Positions 1-10,031 are shown, counted from the first letter of the stretch. The stretch: DNA of 64,000 nt from an uncultured Gammaproteobacteria bacterium (GCA_963710815.1 CAVQCA010000135.1:1768-65767), one strand, 5' to 3'. Program-made: numbers and translations. The notes: generated by a model from the letters alone, not told the origin.

Positions 1-104
1 GGCCAGGGTATTTTGCTTGTTTCTTGGCATGTCGCCGGGTTTCAGGTGCGGGCGCGCCGCAGTGCGCGCCGGGTTGAGTATGTGCCGGGTGCCAGCGTAT
101 ACCG

Positions 105-353
105 GTGGGGTCGGCGCGGACAGGGTTGAGCGGATATTATATTGAAAAAAATCAGGGCCAAAGCCACGGGTTCCCCGTAAAATCCCCGTCACACCGGGAT
201 TTCGAGTCACCGCAGCATGCCAGCGAGTGCCATCTGGACAGTGCGGTGCCCGGGTATGTGGATTACGGCATCTACCACGGCGCCACCCTCAAGGTGGATA
301 TCGAGCAGGGCCGCTTTGTGGTTTTCTATCTGTACGTCGAGATGCCGGAATAA
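105..353 (+). CDS. hypothetical protein (possibly C-terminal part of a gene)
   Basis: Open frame of 82 aa ending just before a MITE-like repeat. No recognisable family. High-GC genomes give many spurious ORFs. Confidence 0.2.
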   Translation: MGSARTGLSGYYIEKNQGQSHGFPVKSPSHRDFESPQHASECHLDSAVPGYVDYGIYHGATLKVDIEQGRFVVFYLYVEMPE

Positions 354-388
354 AGGGTAAATGGGGAAGTACCATTCGGTACCGCCGC

Positions 389-542
389 GAATGGCACTTA
401 ACTTAAGGGATATCGTCGATGCAAACCCACGATTGGCCACGGAAGCACACGGAAAAACAATCATTATTAGTATTATTGCGTGTTTCTTCCGTGTGCTTCC
501 GTGGCTATTTATAGGGGTTAGGTCTTAAGCTAAGTGGCATTC
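389..542. repeat. MITE-like repeat, family A copy 1 (core inverted repeat CCACGGAAGCACACGGAA / TTCCGTGTGCTTCCGTGG; terminal GAATGGCAC / GTGGCATTC)
   Basis: About 150 bp, AT-rich centre flanked by inverted repeats. A second near-identical copy lies at 59049..59208 and a fragment at 52423..52441. Confidence 0.6.
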
Positions 543-567
543 GGTACTGCCGCCTTTAATCCACTAC

Positions 568-1875
568 ATGGGTTGCATAATGAGTCGGACTGAACCACAA
601 AAAATCGGCTACCGCGAGGCGACGGCCATCGGCATCGGCGGCATGGTCGGCGGCGGTATTTTCGCCGTGCTGGGGCTGTCTGTGGACCTGGCGCACGGCG
701 GTGCGCCCCTCGCCTTCCTGGTCGCGGGCATCGTCGCGCTGGTGACCGCCTATTCGTATGTACGCCTCTCGGTCTCGTTTCCAGGCCAGGGCGGCAGTGT
801 GGCGTACCTGGACCGGGCATTCGGCCCCGGCCTGCTGACGGGCAGTGCGAACATTCTGCTGTGGATCAGCTACATGGTCATGCTGTCGCTGTATGCCTAT
901 GCCTTCGGGAGCTACGGCGCCTCCCTGTTTCCCCCGCAATGGCACGGTTTCGCGAAGCATGCCCTGATCAGCGCCAGCGTAATCGGCATCACGGGTCTGA
1001 ACCTTTTCAGCGCCCGACTGATTGGTGCGGCGGAAGACTGGGTGGTGGCTATCAAGCTGCTGATCCTGGCGCTGTTCATCGTTGCGGGTATGACGGGCGT
1101 GGAAGGAGCCCGGCTGGCGGTGTCGGCATGGTCGCCACCGCTGCAGCTGGTGGCGGGCGGCATGATCATCTTTCTGGCCTATGAGGGCTTCGAGCTGATT
1201 GCCAATACGGCCGGGGACGTGCGCAATCCCGCCGTGACCCTGCCACGCGCCTTCTACTCGGCGGTGGGTTTCGTGATCGTGCTCTACGTGCTGGTGGCCA
1301 TCGTGACGGTCGGCACGCTGCCCGTGGACCGGATCGTCGCGGCCAGGGATTATGCGCTGGCGGAGGCCGCCACGCCCTTCCTCGGCCAGGCCGGCTTCAC
1401 CCTGATTGTCATCGCCGCCATGCTGTCGACGTCCTCTGCGATCAATGCCACGCTCTACGGTGCGGCACGGCTGAGCTATATCATCGCGAAGGACGGTGAA
1501 CTGCCCGCCGAGCTGGAACACAAGCTCTGGAACAAGCCCGTTGAAGGGCTGTTGATCACCTCCGCTGTCACGCTGCTGATCGCCAACCTGGTGGATCTTT
1601 CCAGTCTGTCGACCATGGGCAGCGCCGGCTTTCTGCTGATTTTCGCGGCCGTCAACGGCGCCAACGTGAAACTGGCGGGCGAGACGCAAAGCCGGCGCTG
1701 GGTTTCGCTGATCGGGGTTGCGCTTTGCATTGCCGCATTGGCCACACTGCTGTGGCAGACGGCGCTCACGGCGCCCGGTCGGATCTGGATTCTGGTGGCG
1801 ATGATCACGGTGGCCTTTGCAACCGAGTTCACCTTCCGGCTGGCGACCGGGCGGACATTGAAGGTGTTCAAGTAA
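568..1875 (+). CDS. APC-family amino acid permease
   Basis: 435 aa polytopic membrane protein. The N-terminal GIGGMVGGGIFAVLG motif and about 12 predicted TM helices are typical of the amino acid-polyamine-organocation transporter family. Confidence 0.75.
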   Translation: MGCIMSRTEPQKIGYREATAIGIGGMVGGGIFAVLGLSVDLAHGGAPLAFLVAGIVALVTAYSYVRLSVSFPGQGGSVAYLDRAFGPGLLTGSANILLWISYMVMLSLYAYAFGSYGASLFPPQWHGFAKHALISASVIGITGLNLFSARLIGAAEDWVVAIKLLILALFIVAGMTGVEGARLAVSAWSPPLQLVAGGMIIFLAYEGFELIANTAGDVRNPAVTLPRAFYSAVGFVIVLYVLVAIVTVGTLPVDRIVAARDYALAEAATPFLGQAGFTLIVIAAMLSTSSAINATLYGAARLSYIIAKDGELPAELEHKLWNKPVEGLLITSAVTLLIANLVDLSSLSTMGSAGFLLIFAAVNGANVKLAGETQSRRWVSLIGVALCIAALATLLWQTALTAPGRIWILVAMITVAFATEFTFRLATGRTLKVFK

Positions 1876-1956
1876 CGGGATCAAGGGGACATTAATACCC
1901 CGGATCGATGCAGGCGCGGGTTGATGCCAATAAGCAGAATGTCCCCATTTCTTCGC

Positions 1957-2439
1957 TTATGACTGCAGCAGCAAATCCTCTTCAATCCGGTGCCAGACAC
2001 TGGCGGCATTGATCAGCGAGCTGGCGGTGAGTGCCGGCACGCCGTAGACCTCGGTGCTGACGCCATAGTCTGTGTTGAGTTTTTCCAGCAACAGGTCGAA
2101 ATCCCCGTCGCCGGAGAGCAGGACGACGCTATCAACCGTTCTTGCAATCTCCAGGGCATCGATGGTGATGCCAACGTCCCAGTCACCCTTGGCGGAACCG
2201 TCGCTGCGCTGGATCCAGGGCTTGAGTTTTACCGTGAAGCCGATGCGCCTGAGGGCATTCTGGAACTGGAGCTGCTTCTCGTCGCCGCGATCGATGGCAT
2301 AGGCGGTCGCGGAAACGATGTCTCCTTCGGCGCTTATCCGTTGCCACAGCGTGCGGTAGTCGAACTGGCGGCCATAGGCCTGGCGGGTGGTGTAGTAGAT
2401 GTTCTGGACATCGGCAAGAAGGGCGATTCGTTTCGACAT
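1957..2439 (-). CDS. NYN (LabA-like PIN) domain protein
   Basis: 160 aa. The ALLADVQN...DIVSATAY...DVGITIDALEIA...VDSVVLLSGDGDFDLL motifs match the LabA/NYN ribonuclease-like fold with conserved acidic residues. Confidence 0.65.
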   Translation of the reverse strand: MSKRIALLADVQNIYYTTRQAYGRQFDYRTLWQRISAEGDIVSATAYAIDRGDEKQLQFQNALRRIGFTVKLKPWIQRSDGSAKGDWDVGITIDALEIARTVDSVVLLSGDGDFDLLLEKLNTDYGVSTEVYGVPALTASSLINAASVWHRIEEDLLLQS

Positions 2440-2481
2440 GCGGCAAAGATAGCATGTCCCGGCGAGCGCACGTCGTGAAAA

Positions 2482-2554
2482 GGGGTGCAGTACCCTTTTT
2501 CATGTACATGGCGCGATAATCTGACTCGTCAGTATCAAAAAGGGTACTGACCCC
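2482..2554. promoter_or_regulatory. pair of 18-bp inverted-repeat sites (GGGGTGCAGTACCCTTTTT ... AAAAAGGGTACTGACCCC) in a divergent promoter region
   Basis: Near-perfect inverted repeats 36 bp apart, between the NYN gene (−) and the membrane protein gene (+). A TATAAT-like GATAAT lies at 2515-2520. Candidate operator or REP-like hairpin. Confidence 0.4.
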
Positions 2555-2613
2555 TGTTCTTCGAAACACCGGTACACTAGCCCGGCCTGTCCCGGCAGCC
2601 ATGGAGAAGCCCC

Positions 2614-3018
2614 GTGTCACCCGCCGAAGATACGAACAGCGAAGAACCCCGGCGCTCGGCCCTGGTGGCGGCGCATATCGTCTATGGCCTGCATTCGATT
2701 GCCATCGTGCTCGGTATTACCGGGTCCGCAACCGTGATCGGCGGCTTCGTCGGGAGTGTGCCATCAATCATCGCCGTCCTTATCAACTACCTGAAACGCG
2801 GTGGTGCGCGCGGCAGCTGGGCGGCCTCGCACTATCGCTGGCAAATCCGCACGTTCTGGTTTGCCCTGCTGTGGCTGCTCATCGCCGTGCTGCTGGTCGT
2901 GTCCGTGGTCGGCTCCCCGTTCGGACTGGGCCTGCTGATCGTCCTGACCCTCTGGCTGATCTACCGTATTGCCCGCGGCTGGATGCGGCTGGTCGACAAG
3001 CGGCCGATGTACGTTTGA
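2614..3018 (+). CDS. small integral membrane protein (DUF4870-like)
   Basis: 134 aa with 3 hydrophobic helices. The pattern HIVYGLHS...IIAVLINYLKRG...HYRWQIRTFWFALL resembles the DUF4870/Tic20-like family. Family assignment is tentative. Confidence 0.5.
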   Translation: MSPAEDTNSEEPRRSALVAAHIVYGLHSIAIVLGITGSATVIGGFVGSVPSIIAVLINYLKRGGARGSWAASHYRWQIRTFWFALLWLLIAVLLVVSVVGSPFGLGLLIVLTLWLIYRIARGWMRLVDKRPMYV

Positions 3019-3031
3019 AACCCTGCAAAAT

Positions 3032-3083
3032 GGTGTCAGAGCACATTTGGCTCTAATATAGGTAGAAAATGTGCTCTGACACC
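3032..3083 (+). terminator. 17-bp perfect stem hairpin (GGTGTCAGAGCACATTT / AAATGTGCTCTGACACC) downstream of the membrane protein gene
   Basis: Perfect inverted repeat with an 18-nt loop, 14 bp after the stop codon and followed by TTTGGTT. Likely a transcription terminator or REP-type element. Confidence 0.45.
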
Positions 3084-3264
3084 TTTGGTTCCGAGGCATT
3101 GCTGAACCGCGTCTGAAAAACCGGGATGTCCGTCGTTTCCTTCGCGGTGCTGAAAAGCCGACTAGAATTTGTTCATGCCGTCGGCTGGCTGCGACTTCTG
3201 CTCCCGGCTTCATTGCGTGGATCAGTTGACGTTCCTTTACACCCATTCTGCCAGGAGAAACCAG

Positions 3265-3723
3265 ATGACCGAATCATTCGATAAAAGCGCCGTGGTGGCG
3301 CATCTCAACAGGATTCTCGAGCTGGAACTCGCCGGTGTGGTGCGTTATACGCACTACGCCCTGATGGTCTACGGTTACAACCGGATCCCGATCGTTTCCT
3401 GGATGCATGAACAGGCGGATGAATCGCTGGGCCATGCCCGGGAGGCCGGGGAGATGGTCACCCTGCTGGGCGAGCATCCGTCATTGTCCCTGGGCCCGCT
3501 GCTTGAGACCCACAAGCACGATATCGGGGACATCCTGCGTGAATCCCTGGAACACGAGCGTACGGCGCTGGCGGTCTACAAGCAGCTGCTGGCGGAGGTG
3601 GAAGGGAAATCGGTGTTGCTGGAGGAGTACGCGCGCCGCCTGATTGCCACGGAAGAGGTGCACCAGGGCGAGGTGGACAAGATGCTGCGCCGCCCCGGCG
3701 ATGTCGGCACCTACTCCGGTTGA
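3265..3723 (+). CDS. bfr: bacterioferritin / ferritin-like protein
   Basis: 152 aa. AGGAGA RBS 6 nt upstream of the ATG. The sequence VVAHLNRILELELAGVVRYTHYALMV...WMHEQADESLGHA...ALAVYKQLL has the ferritin-like four-helix di-iron motifs (ExxH). Confidence 0.7.
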   Translation: MTESFDKSAVVAHLNRILELELAGVVRYTHYALMVYGYNRIPIVSWMHEQADESLGHAREAGEMVTLLGEHPSLSLGPLLETHKHDIGDILRESLEHERTALAVYKQLLAEVEGKSVLLEEYARRLIATEEVHQGEVDKMLRRPGDVGTYSG

Positions 3724-4071
3724 GGGATCGTCATCGGGCTCCCTTCCCCCGGCGCGTGCGCGGGATACCGCCCGGTACCCGTTCATCGGCGCAACCGACG
3801 GTGTCAGCCGGATTCACCGGCTGGCCCGTTGCCGCCAATCTCAACTTCCCTGATTCTGAAATGAAAAAGAATAAATAGTGAAGCCTCAAAAAATGAGGCG
3901 CGATGTAAATGATTTCCTGGCATTTTTTTTCAGGGGAAAATGCAAAATTGGCTTGATGGACATAAGACACCCGGGAGTCTGTCGACTTACGCGTGCAGGT
4001 ATAAGGGTTAACCAGGGTCTTGCAGAGGCACGATTTCGATAGACTAACTGTCTAAATTACAATTAGAATAC

Positions 4072-4090
4072 GTCATATTATTTATATGAC
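4072..4090. promoter_or_regulatory. palindrome GTCATAT-N5-ATATGAC upstream of the TetR-family gene (candidate operator)
   Basis: 7-bp perfect inverted-repeat arms, 26 bp upstream of the tetR-family ATG and next to TATATAAT. A second palindrome TAGAC-N5-GTCTA lies at 4041-4055. The region 3840-4115 is AT-rich. Confidence 0.4.
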
Positions 4091-4115
4091 TATATAATTA
4101 AGGCAGAACTTAACT

Positions 4116-4814
4116 ATGGCGACTGCACCACGATTTTCCTTGCGCGAGCGGAAATTCGCACGCACCCGGTTGGCCTTGGCCGAGGTGGTCACCAATCACC
4201 TCGAAAATGCCCCGCTGGAAGCGCTCTCGGTCAGGGCCTTGTGTGAACGGGCCCAGATCTCCGAGGCGACCTTCTTCAATTACTTCCCGAAGAAGGAGGC
4301 GATCGTGGTGTACCTGGACAAACTCTGGTCGCTGGAGCTGCACTGGTATGGCCGGCAGGCGGCAAGCCAGCAGAAGGGCCTGCAGGTCATCGAAGCCCTG
4401 TTTCGCTACACCGCGATCCAGATCCAGAAAAAGCCGGGACTGATGGGCGAGATCATCGCGTATGAAGCCAGAGAACGTGAGCGCACCCCGCGGCCCGACA
4501 TTACGCCGGCGGAACGGGCGATGGCCTTCCGCGACCTGGCCGGCATCGAGGAGTTGGAAGATAACGGCATTGAAATGCTCCTCAGGAAATCGCTGCAGCA
4601 GGCGGTGGATCAGGACGAATTACCGCCCAATACCCTGATACCGGCGGCCATGATCGGTCTCGTGTCGATATTCTACGGCGTGCCGCTGGCGATTCAGCAT
4701 ACTCAACCGGCGAATATCGGCTCGATGTACCGTCAGCAGTTGTCCTTGCTGTGGGCCGGCCTGCGAGCGGTCGCCGTGGGCGCGGGGCGCCAGCCGGTGC
4801 TGGCGGAGACTTGA
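4116..4814 (+). CDS. TetR/AcrR-family transcriptional regulator
   Basis: 232 aa. The N-terminal HTH LSVRALCERAQISEATFFNYFPKKEAIV is the TetR signature. Confidence 0.8.
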   Translation: MATAPRFSLRERKFARTRLALAEVVTNHLENAPLEALSVRALCERAQISEATFFNYFPKKEAIVVYLDKLWSLELHWYGRQAASQQKGLQVIEALFRYTAIQIQKKPGLMGEIIAYEARERERTPRPDITPAERAMAFRDLAGIEELEDNGIEMLLRKSLQQAVDQDELPPNTLIPAAMIGLVSIFYGVPLAIQHTQPANIGSMYRQQLSLLWAGLRAVAVGAGRQPVLAET

Positions 4815-4817
4815 GAC

Positions 4818-5414
4818 TCAGCGACGGGCCTTGTCGAGCGATTCCTTCCAGGCCTTGGCGAATTGCTGCCACCACTCGGGCTGGTTTTCACCCCACCAAT
4901 TGTGACCGGCCCGAAGCAGCCAGTTGCCGAGGCGGGGCAGATCCCGATACCAGAGCTGGAGGGCGCGTTCCCTGACCAGGGTTTTGAGGGGAGGCCGGTC
5001 AAGCACCTCCAGCATGCGTTCTTCACGCGCGCGGGCGGCTTGCAGTTCCTGATCCAGGCTGGATTCCAGCCGGTTCAGGCGTTGCCGCATCTTGTCGAGT
5101 TCCTTGACGGTCGCAGGTGTCGCTGACTCGCTTGACTGATCCTGCAGGCGTTTTTCCAGGAACCCGATGCGTTGCTGCAGCTGTTCGAGGTCGATCGGGG
5201 GGCGACGCACCAGTTTGCGAAGCGTGGTACCTCGAACCGGATAGGCTTCGCTGCGGAGTTTCGGGGTCGGGGAAGGTGGAATTGCCGTCGCCGGTGGCGG
5301 TTTGGAGGAAGTTGGTTTTGTGACGGCCGTGGGGCGGGCGCGTTTCCGCGCATGCGGATTCGAACGCTGTGGATTCGCCCCGCCCTCGTCCCTGTTGAAT
5401 TCCAGCAGTCTCAT
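4818..5414 (-). CDS. hypothetical coiled-coil protein with basic low-complexity N-terminus
   Basis: 198 aa open frame convergent with the tetR-family gene. Heptad-like LEKRLQ...LNRLESSL segment. No family recognised. Confidence 0.4.
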   Translation of the reverse strand: MRLLEFNRDEGGANPQRSNPHARKRARPTAVTKPTSSKPPPATAIPPSPTPKLRSEAYPVRGTTLRKLVRRPPIDLEQLQQRIGFLEKRLQDQSSESATPATVKELDKMRQRLNRLESSLDQELQAARAREERMLEVLDRPPLKTLVRERALQLWYRDLPRLGNWLLRAGHNWWGENQPEWWQQFAKAWKESLDKARR

Positions 5415-5587
5415 GCAATCCCCTTCATGTTGTACCAGCGCGCATAGTCTACCACAATATATTCGAATTTATTCATTTAGCCTGTGGACAATGGCTTTGT
5501 CGCGACGCTGCTGGCCAGCCGCTGTACATTGCCCGGATTTTCACTCGCGGCGTAGAATTCCCGGGCAGTTTTACCGGTGGCGAAAAA

Positions 5588-7483
5588 ATGACCGTAATGG
5601 ACAGGACCTTTGATGTGATCGTTGTCGGCGGCGGGCATGCCGGAACCGAGGCCGCGCTCGCTTCCGCACGCCTGGGTGCCAGCACACTGTTGCTGACTCA
5701 CAACGTCGAAACGCTCGGTCAAATGAGCTGCAACCCCGCCATCGGCGGTATCGGCAAGAGCCACCTCGTCAAGGAGATCGATGCGCTCGGCGGCCTCATG
5801 GCGCGGGCCGCCGATCACGCCGGCATCCACTTTCGCGTGCTCAACGCCAGCAAGGGGCCGGCCGTACGCGCCACCCGGGCACAGGCGGACCGAATGCTGT
5901 ACAAGCAGTATGTTCGCGGCGTGCTGGAGAATCAGACAAATCTCGGTATTTTTCAGCAGGCGGTGGATGACCTGGTAGTCACGGGCGGGCGCGTCACCGG
6001 CGTGGTCACGCAGATGGGTTTGCGCTTCAATGCCCGCGCCGTGGTACTGACGGTGGGCACTTTCCTGGGCGGGTGCATACATATCGGACCGAAGAACCAC
6101 GCGGGCGGTCGTGCCGGCGACCCCCCCGCCAATGCCCTGGCCGCCCGGCTGCGCGAACTGCCGTTGCGGGTGGGGCGTCTGAAGACGGGTACACCGCCGC
6201 GCATCGACGGGCGCAGCATCGATTACAGCCGCCTGCAGGAACAGCAGGGTGACGAGCCGGTACCGGTGATGTCCTGTCTCGGCTGCCCGGGCGATCACCC
6301 GCGCCAGGTGTCCTGCCATATCACCCGCACCAATGAACGCACCCATGACATCATCCGGGGCGGTTTGTCCGAATCACCGATGTATTCCGGCGCCATTCAG
6401 GGAACGGGACCGCGCTACTGCCCGTCGATCGAAGACAAGGTGGTGCGCTTTGCCGACAAGACCTCCCATCAGATCTTCGTGGAACCGGAAGGCCTGAACA
6501 CCCACGAGGTGTATCCCAACGGGATATCCACCAGCCTGTCCTATCCGGTCCAGGAGGCGCTGGTGCGCTCCATCGTCGGGTTCGAACACGCGCATATCAC
6601 CCGTCCGGGCTACGCCATCGAATATGACTTCTTCGATCCGCGCGACCTGCGGACTTCCCTGGAGACCCGCGACATCGAGGGATTGTTCTTCGCGGGACAG
6701 ATCAACGGCACCACCGGTTATGAAGAGGCCGCCGCACAGGGCCTGATTGCCGGATTGAATGCGGCCCGCCAGGTACAGGGCAGTTCCCCGTGGACGCCGC
6801 GGCGTGATGAGGCCTATATCGGGGTATTGATCGATGACCTGACCACGCGCGGAACCAGCGAGCCGTACCGGATGTTCACCAGTCGCGCCGAATACCGCTT
6901 GCTGCTGCGCGAGGACAATGCCGATCTGCGCCTAACCCCGCGCGGGCGGGAGCTGGGTCTGGTCGACGAACACCGCTGGAGGCTCTACAGTGAGCAGCAC
7001 GCCGCGATTGTCGCCGAGCAGCGGCGCCTGCAGGGGTTGCTGCTGCGCCCCGACAGCGGACCGGGCGCCGTGCTCTCCGCGTGGCTGGAGAAACCACTCG
7101 CACGCGAACAGCGTGCCTATGAACTGCTGCGTCGCCCCGGGGTGCGTTATGCCGATCTCATGGCCGTCGAGGGCATCGGTCCGGGCGTGGTCGATGCCCG
7201 GGTCGCCGGGCAGATCGAGATCCAGGCGCGGTATTCCGGCTACCTCGAACGCCAGCAGGCGGAGATCCACCGCCAGCATCGTCAACAGGAACAAGCCCTG
7301 CCGGCGGATTTCGATTACAATGCGGTCCGGGGGCTTTCCAGCGAGGTGTGCGAGAAATTGCAGACGGTGAGGCCGCAGACCATCGGACAGGCGTCACGCA
7401 TTCCGGGCATCACGCCCGCTGCCGTGTCGCTGTTGCTGATTCACCTGCGGAAACGGGGCCATGTCATACACCAGGGCGCCTGA
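5588..7483 (+). CDS. mnmG: tRNA uridine 5-carboxymethylaminomethyl modification enzyme MnmG (GidA)
   Basis: 631 aa with the [19 protein letters not shown]-binding N-terminus. Full-length similarity to MnmG/GidA as recalled. Confidence 0.95.
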   Translation: MTVMDRTFDVIVVGGGHAGTEAALASARLGASTLLLTHNVETLGQMSCNPAIGGIGKSHLVKEIDALGGLMARAADHAGIHFRVLNASKGPAVRATRAQADRMLYKQYVRGVLENQTNLGIFQQAVDDLVVTGGRVTGVVTQMGLRFNARAVVLTVGTFLGGCIHIGPKNHAGGRAGDPPANALAARLRELPLRVGRLKTGTPPRIDGRSIDYSRLQEQQGDEPVPVMSCLGCPGDHPRQVSCHITRTNERTHDIIRGGLSESPMYSGAIQGTGPRYCPSIEDKVVRFADKTSHQIFVEPEGLNTHEVYPNGISTSLSYPVQEALVRSIVGFEHAHITRPGYAIEYDFFDPRDLRTSLETRDIEGLFFAGQINGTTGYEEAAAQGLIAGLNAARQVQGSSPWTPRRDEAYIGVLIDDLTTRGTSEPYRMFTSRAEYRLLLREDNADLRLTPRGRELGLVDEHRWRLYSEQHAAIVAEQRRLQGLLLRPDSGPGAVLSAWLEKPLAREQRAYELLRRPGVRYADLMAVEGIGPGVVDARVAGQIEIQARYSGYLERQQAEIHRQHRQQEQALPADFDYNAVRGLSSEVCEKLQTVRPQTIGQASRIPGITPAAVSLLLIHLRKRGHVIHQGA

Positions 7484-7505
7484 TGCGATCGAGCACATGA
7501 GATAA

Positions 7506-8186
7506 ATGCACAGCCGCAGATTCACACCCAGGGGGCAGCAGCAAAGATTCGTGCAGCCGGAAGACCTGCTCGAGGACGGCATTTACGATCTCGGGCTGGA
7601 AGAGCGTCTGGCCGGCGACAGTCGGCTGATGGAGTACATCACCGAGCTCATGAACTGGAACCGGGTCTACAATCTGACCTCGGTGCGCAAGCCGGCCGAG
7701 ATCGTAACCCGCCACATCCTCGACAGTTTGTCGATTCTGCCCTATCTCGAGGGCCGCCGGGTGCTGGATATCGGCACGGGTGCGGGTTTGCCGGGCATCC
7801 CCCTGGCCATCGCCTGTCCGGAACGGGAATTTGTCCTGCTGGACAGCAGCAGCAAGAAACTGCGCTTCGTCCAGCAGACGCTGGCCATACTGAAACTGGA
7901 CAACGTCTCGCTTGAGCGTGCGCGCATCGAGGATTATCGCCCGCAGGAGCGTTTCGACAGCGTGGTGTGCCGCGCCTTCTCGGAGCTGCGGGAACTCTAC
8001 CGGCATACGGCCCGCCTGTGCACTGGTGCAGGGCGGGTGCTGGCCATGAAGGGTATCTATCCCGTGGCGGAGATCGAAGCCCTGGAGGACCGGAATGTGA
8101 TCGAGCAGGTGGTTTCCCTCACGGTTCCCGGACTCGAGGCGGAACGCCACCTGGTGTGCATGCTGGCCCCTCCGGCCGGCGACTGA
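7506..8186 (+). CDS. rsmG: 16S rRNA (guanine527-N7)-methyltransferase RsmG (GidB)
   Basis: The motifs NWNRVYNLTSV...RHILDSL...DIGTGAGLPGIPLAIA match the RsmG SAM-binding motifs. Conserved position after mnmG. Confidence 0.9.
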   Translation: MHSRRFTPRGQQQRFVQPEDLLEDGIYDLGLEERLAGDSRLMEYITELMNWNRVYNLTSVRKPAEIVTRHILDSLSILPYLEGRRVLDIGTGAGLPGIPLAIACPEREFVLLDSSSKKLRFVQQTLAILKLDNVSLERARIEDYRPQERFDSVVCRAFSELRELYRHTARLCTGAGRVLAMKGIYPVAEIEALEDRNVIEQVVSLTVPGLEAERHLVCMLAPPAGD

Positions 8187-8204
8187 GGTTCTCAAAGAGG
8201 CAGC

Positions 8205-9041
8205 ATGGGAAGAATACTGGCGGTTACCAATCAGAAAGGCGGCGTGGGCAAGACCACGACCAGCGTGAATTTCGCCGCCTCTCTGTCCCAGACCGGGCGC
8301 CGTGTCCTGCTCGTCGACCTGGATGCCCAGGGCAATGCCACGATGGGCAGCGGCTGCGACAAACACGCCGTCATCAAGACCGGTTATGACCTGCTGCTCG
8401 GCCATGCCTCCATACACGATGTCATCGTCTATGCCGCGGAGGCCGGTTATGACCTGATGCCGGGCAATGGCGACCTGACGGCCGCCGAGGTCGAACTGAT
8501 GGCGCGCGATGACCGCGAGCGCCGGCTGCGTTCCGCGCTTACCTATGTGCAGAACGATTACGACGTCATCATCATCGACTGTCCCCCGTCGCTGAGCATG
8601 CTGACCATCAATGCCCTGACGGCCGCACACAGCGTCATCATACCGATACAGTGCGAATACTATGCCCTGGAAGGTCTCTCGGCACTGCTCGAGACGGTCG
8701 AACAGGTGCGTGTCAGCGTCAATCCAGAACTGGAGATCGAGGGACTGCTGCGCACCATGTACGACGCTCGCAACAATCTCGCCAACGACGTTTCGGCGCA
8801 GTTGCAGCAGCACTTCGGAGACAAGGTGTACCGCACGATTATTCCCCGCAACGTGCGGCTCGCCGAAGCGCCCAGTCATGGGCTGCCGGTGCTGCGCTAT
8901 GATCATAACTCGCGCGGGGCGGCCGCCTATCTGGCGATGGCCGGTGAATACCTGCGCCGGCATCAGGCGCCGGGTTATGCCTCGCCGGAGACCCAGGGCA
9001 GCGAAGACGAACGCGCCGACATACAACCGACACAGCATTGA
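8205..9041 (+). CDS. parA: chromosome partitioning ATPase ParA (Soj)
   Basis: Deviant Walker A motif KGGVGKTTT. 278 aa. Confidence 0.9.
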   Translation: MGRILAVTNQKGGVGKTTTSVNFAASLSQTGRRVLLVDLDAQGNATMGSGCDKHAVIKTGYDLLLGHASIHDVIVYAAEAGYDLMPGNGDLTAAEVELMARDDRERRLRSALTYVQNDYDVIIIDCPPSLSMLTINALTAAHSVIIPIQCEYYALEGLSALLETVEQVRVSVNPELEIEGLLRTMYDARNNLANDVSAQLQQHFGDKVYRTIIPRNVRLAEAPSHGLPVLRYDHNSRGAAAYLAMAGEYLRRHQAPGYASPETQGSEDERADIQPTQH

Positions 9042-9073
9042 TCGCCGCACGCACCGGGGGTAGAGACAGACAC

Positions 9074-10012
9074 ATGGCAAGTAAAAAACGTGGACTTGGG
9101 CGCGGCCTGGACGCATTGCTCGGCCCCTCGACACGCAGTCCCCGGCAGCCCGAAAATGACCCGGGGCACATCGCGGGTGCACCGGAGGCGGCAGCCGTGG
9201 CGGCGCCGGTGGCCGAGATCCGCGATTCTGACGGGGCATTGCGCAGCCTCCCCGTTGATATCATCCAGCGCGGCCGCTACCAGCCGCGCGTCGACATGCA
9301 TCCCGATTCCCTGCAGGAACTGGCCGACTCCATCCGCGAGCAGGGTGTGGTGCAGCCGATCGTGGTGCGCGGTATCGGCGAGGGGCGCTACGAAATCATT
9401 GCCGGCGAACGCCGCTGGCGCGCCGCCCAGCAGGCCGGACTGCACGAAATACCGGCGCTCATCCGCGATGTCGAGGACCGCGCCGCCATCGCCATCGCGC
9501 TGATCGAAAATATTCAGCGTGAAAATCTCAATCCCCTGGAGGAGTCGCGCGCCCTGAAACGCCTGATCGAGGAGTTCGAAATGACCCACGAACAGGCGGC
9601 CCAGGCCGTGGGACGTTCACGGGTGGCCGTATCCAACCTGCTGCGGCTGCTGGATCTCGAGGAGGCGGTCAAGGGGATGGTCGAGCGCGGCGAACTGGAG
9701 ATGGGGCATGCGCGCGCCCTGCTGGCGCTGAGCGGAGACCGGCAGGTGGAGGCCGCACGTCAGGTCATCGTCGGCGGACTGACGGTACGCGCCACCGAAC
9801 GCCTGGTGCAGGAGCTGCAGCGTCCGCACGGTCATCACCGGTCGCCCACCAGGCCTTCCAGGGATCCGGATATCCAGCGCCTGGAAGCCCGTTTGTCGGA
9901 TCGCCTGGGCGCCAGAGTACAGGTTCGCCACGGCAACGGCGGCAAGGGCCGGCTGGAGATCCATTACAACAGCCTCGATGAGCTCGATGGCATCCTCGAT
10001 CATATTAAATGA
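9074..10012 (+). CDS. parB: chromosome partitioning protein ParB (Spo0J)
   Basis: Starts MASKKRGLGRGLDALL. The ParB box GERRWRAA and HTH segment are present. The start was moved to the internal ATG relative to the ORF-track start. Confidence 0.9.
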   Translation: MASKKRGLGRGLDALLGPSTRSPRQPENDPGHIAGAPEAAAVAAPVAEIRDSDGALRSLPVDIIQRGRYQPRVDMHPDSLQELADSIREQGVVQPIVVRGIGEGRYEIIAGERRWRAAQQAGLHEIPALIRDVEDRAAIAIALIENIQRENLNPLEESRALKRLIEEFEMTHEQAAQAVGRSRVAVSNLLRLLDLEEAVKGMVERGELEMGHARALLALSGDRQVEAARQVIVGGLTVRATERLVQELQRPHGHHRSPTRPSRDPDIQRLEARLSDRLGARVQVRHGNGGKGRLEIHYNSLDELDGILDHIK

Positions 10013-10031
10013 CCGGCTTCAGCGGGGTTTA

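Noticed and set aside
3731-3970. 79-aa − strand ORF in the AT-rich spacer between bfr and the tetR-family gene
   Set aside because: Lies in an AT-rich promoter/terminator region with hairpins, low-complexity translation and no RBS. Likely non-coding.
5415-5587. Possible oriC next to mnmG (gidA), by analogy with E. coli
   Set aside because: Only one DnaA-box-like 9-mer (TTGTCCACA) in a 170-bp spacer, no AT-rich DUE and no box cluster. The gene order matches the Pseudomonas-type layout, where oriC lies beside dnaA outside this window.
7464-9239. Long antisense ORFs (591 aa at 7464..9239 −, 702 aa at 19082..21190 −, 489 aa at 36221..37690 −, 368 aa at 25884..26990 +, 344 aa at 27306..28340 +, and others)
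   Set aside because: They lie opposite well-supported conserved genes (rsmG/parA, glmS, the TPP enzyme, GGDEF-EAL). Their translations are Arg/Pro/Gly-rich low-complexity, as expected for off-frame reading of 65% GC DNA.
8205-10012. parS sites (TGTTCCACGTGGAACA-like) near parAB
   Set aside because: I could not find a convincing 16-bp parS palindrome by eye in or around parA/parB. It may lie outside the window or be too diverged.
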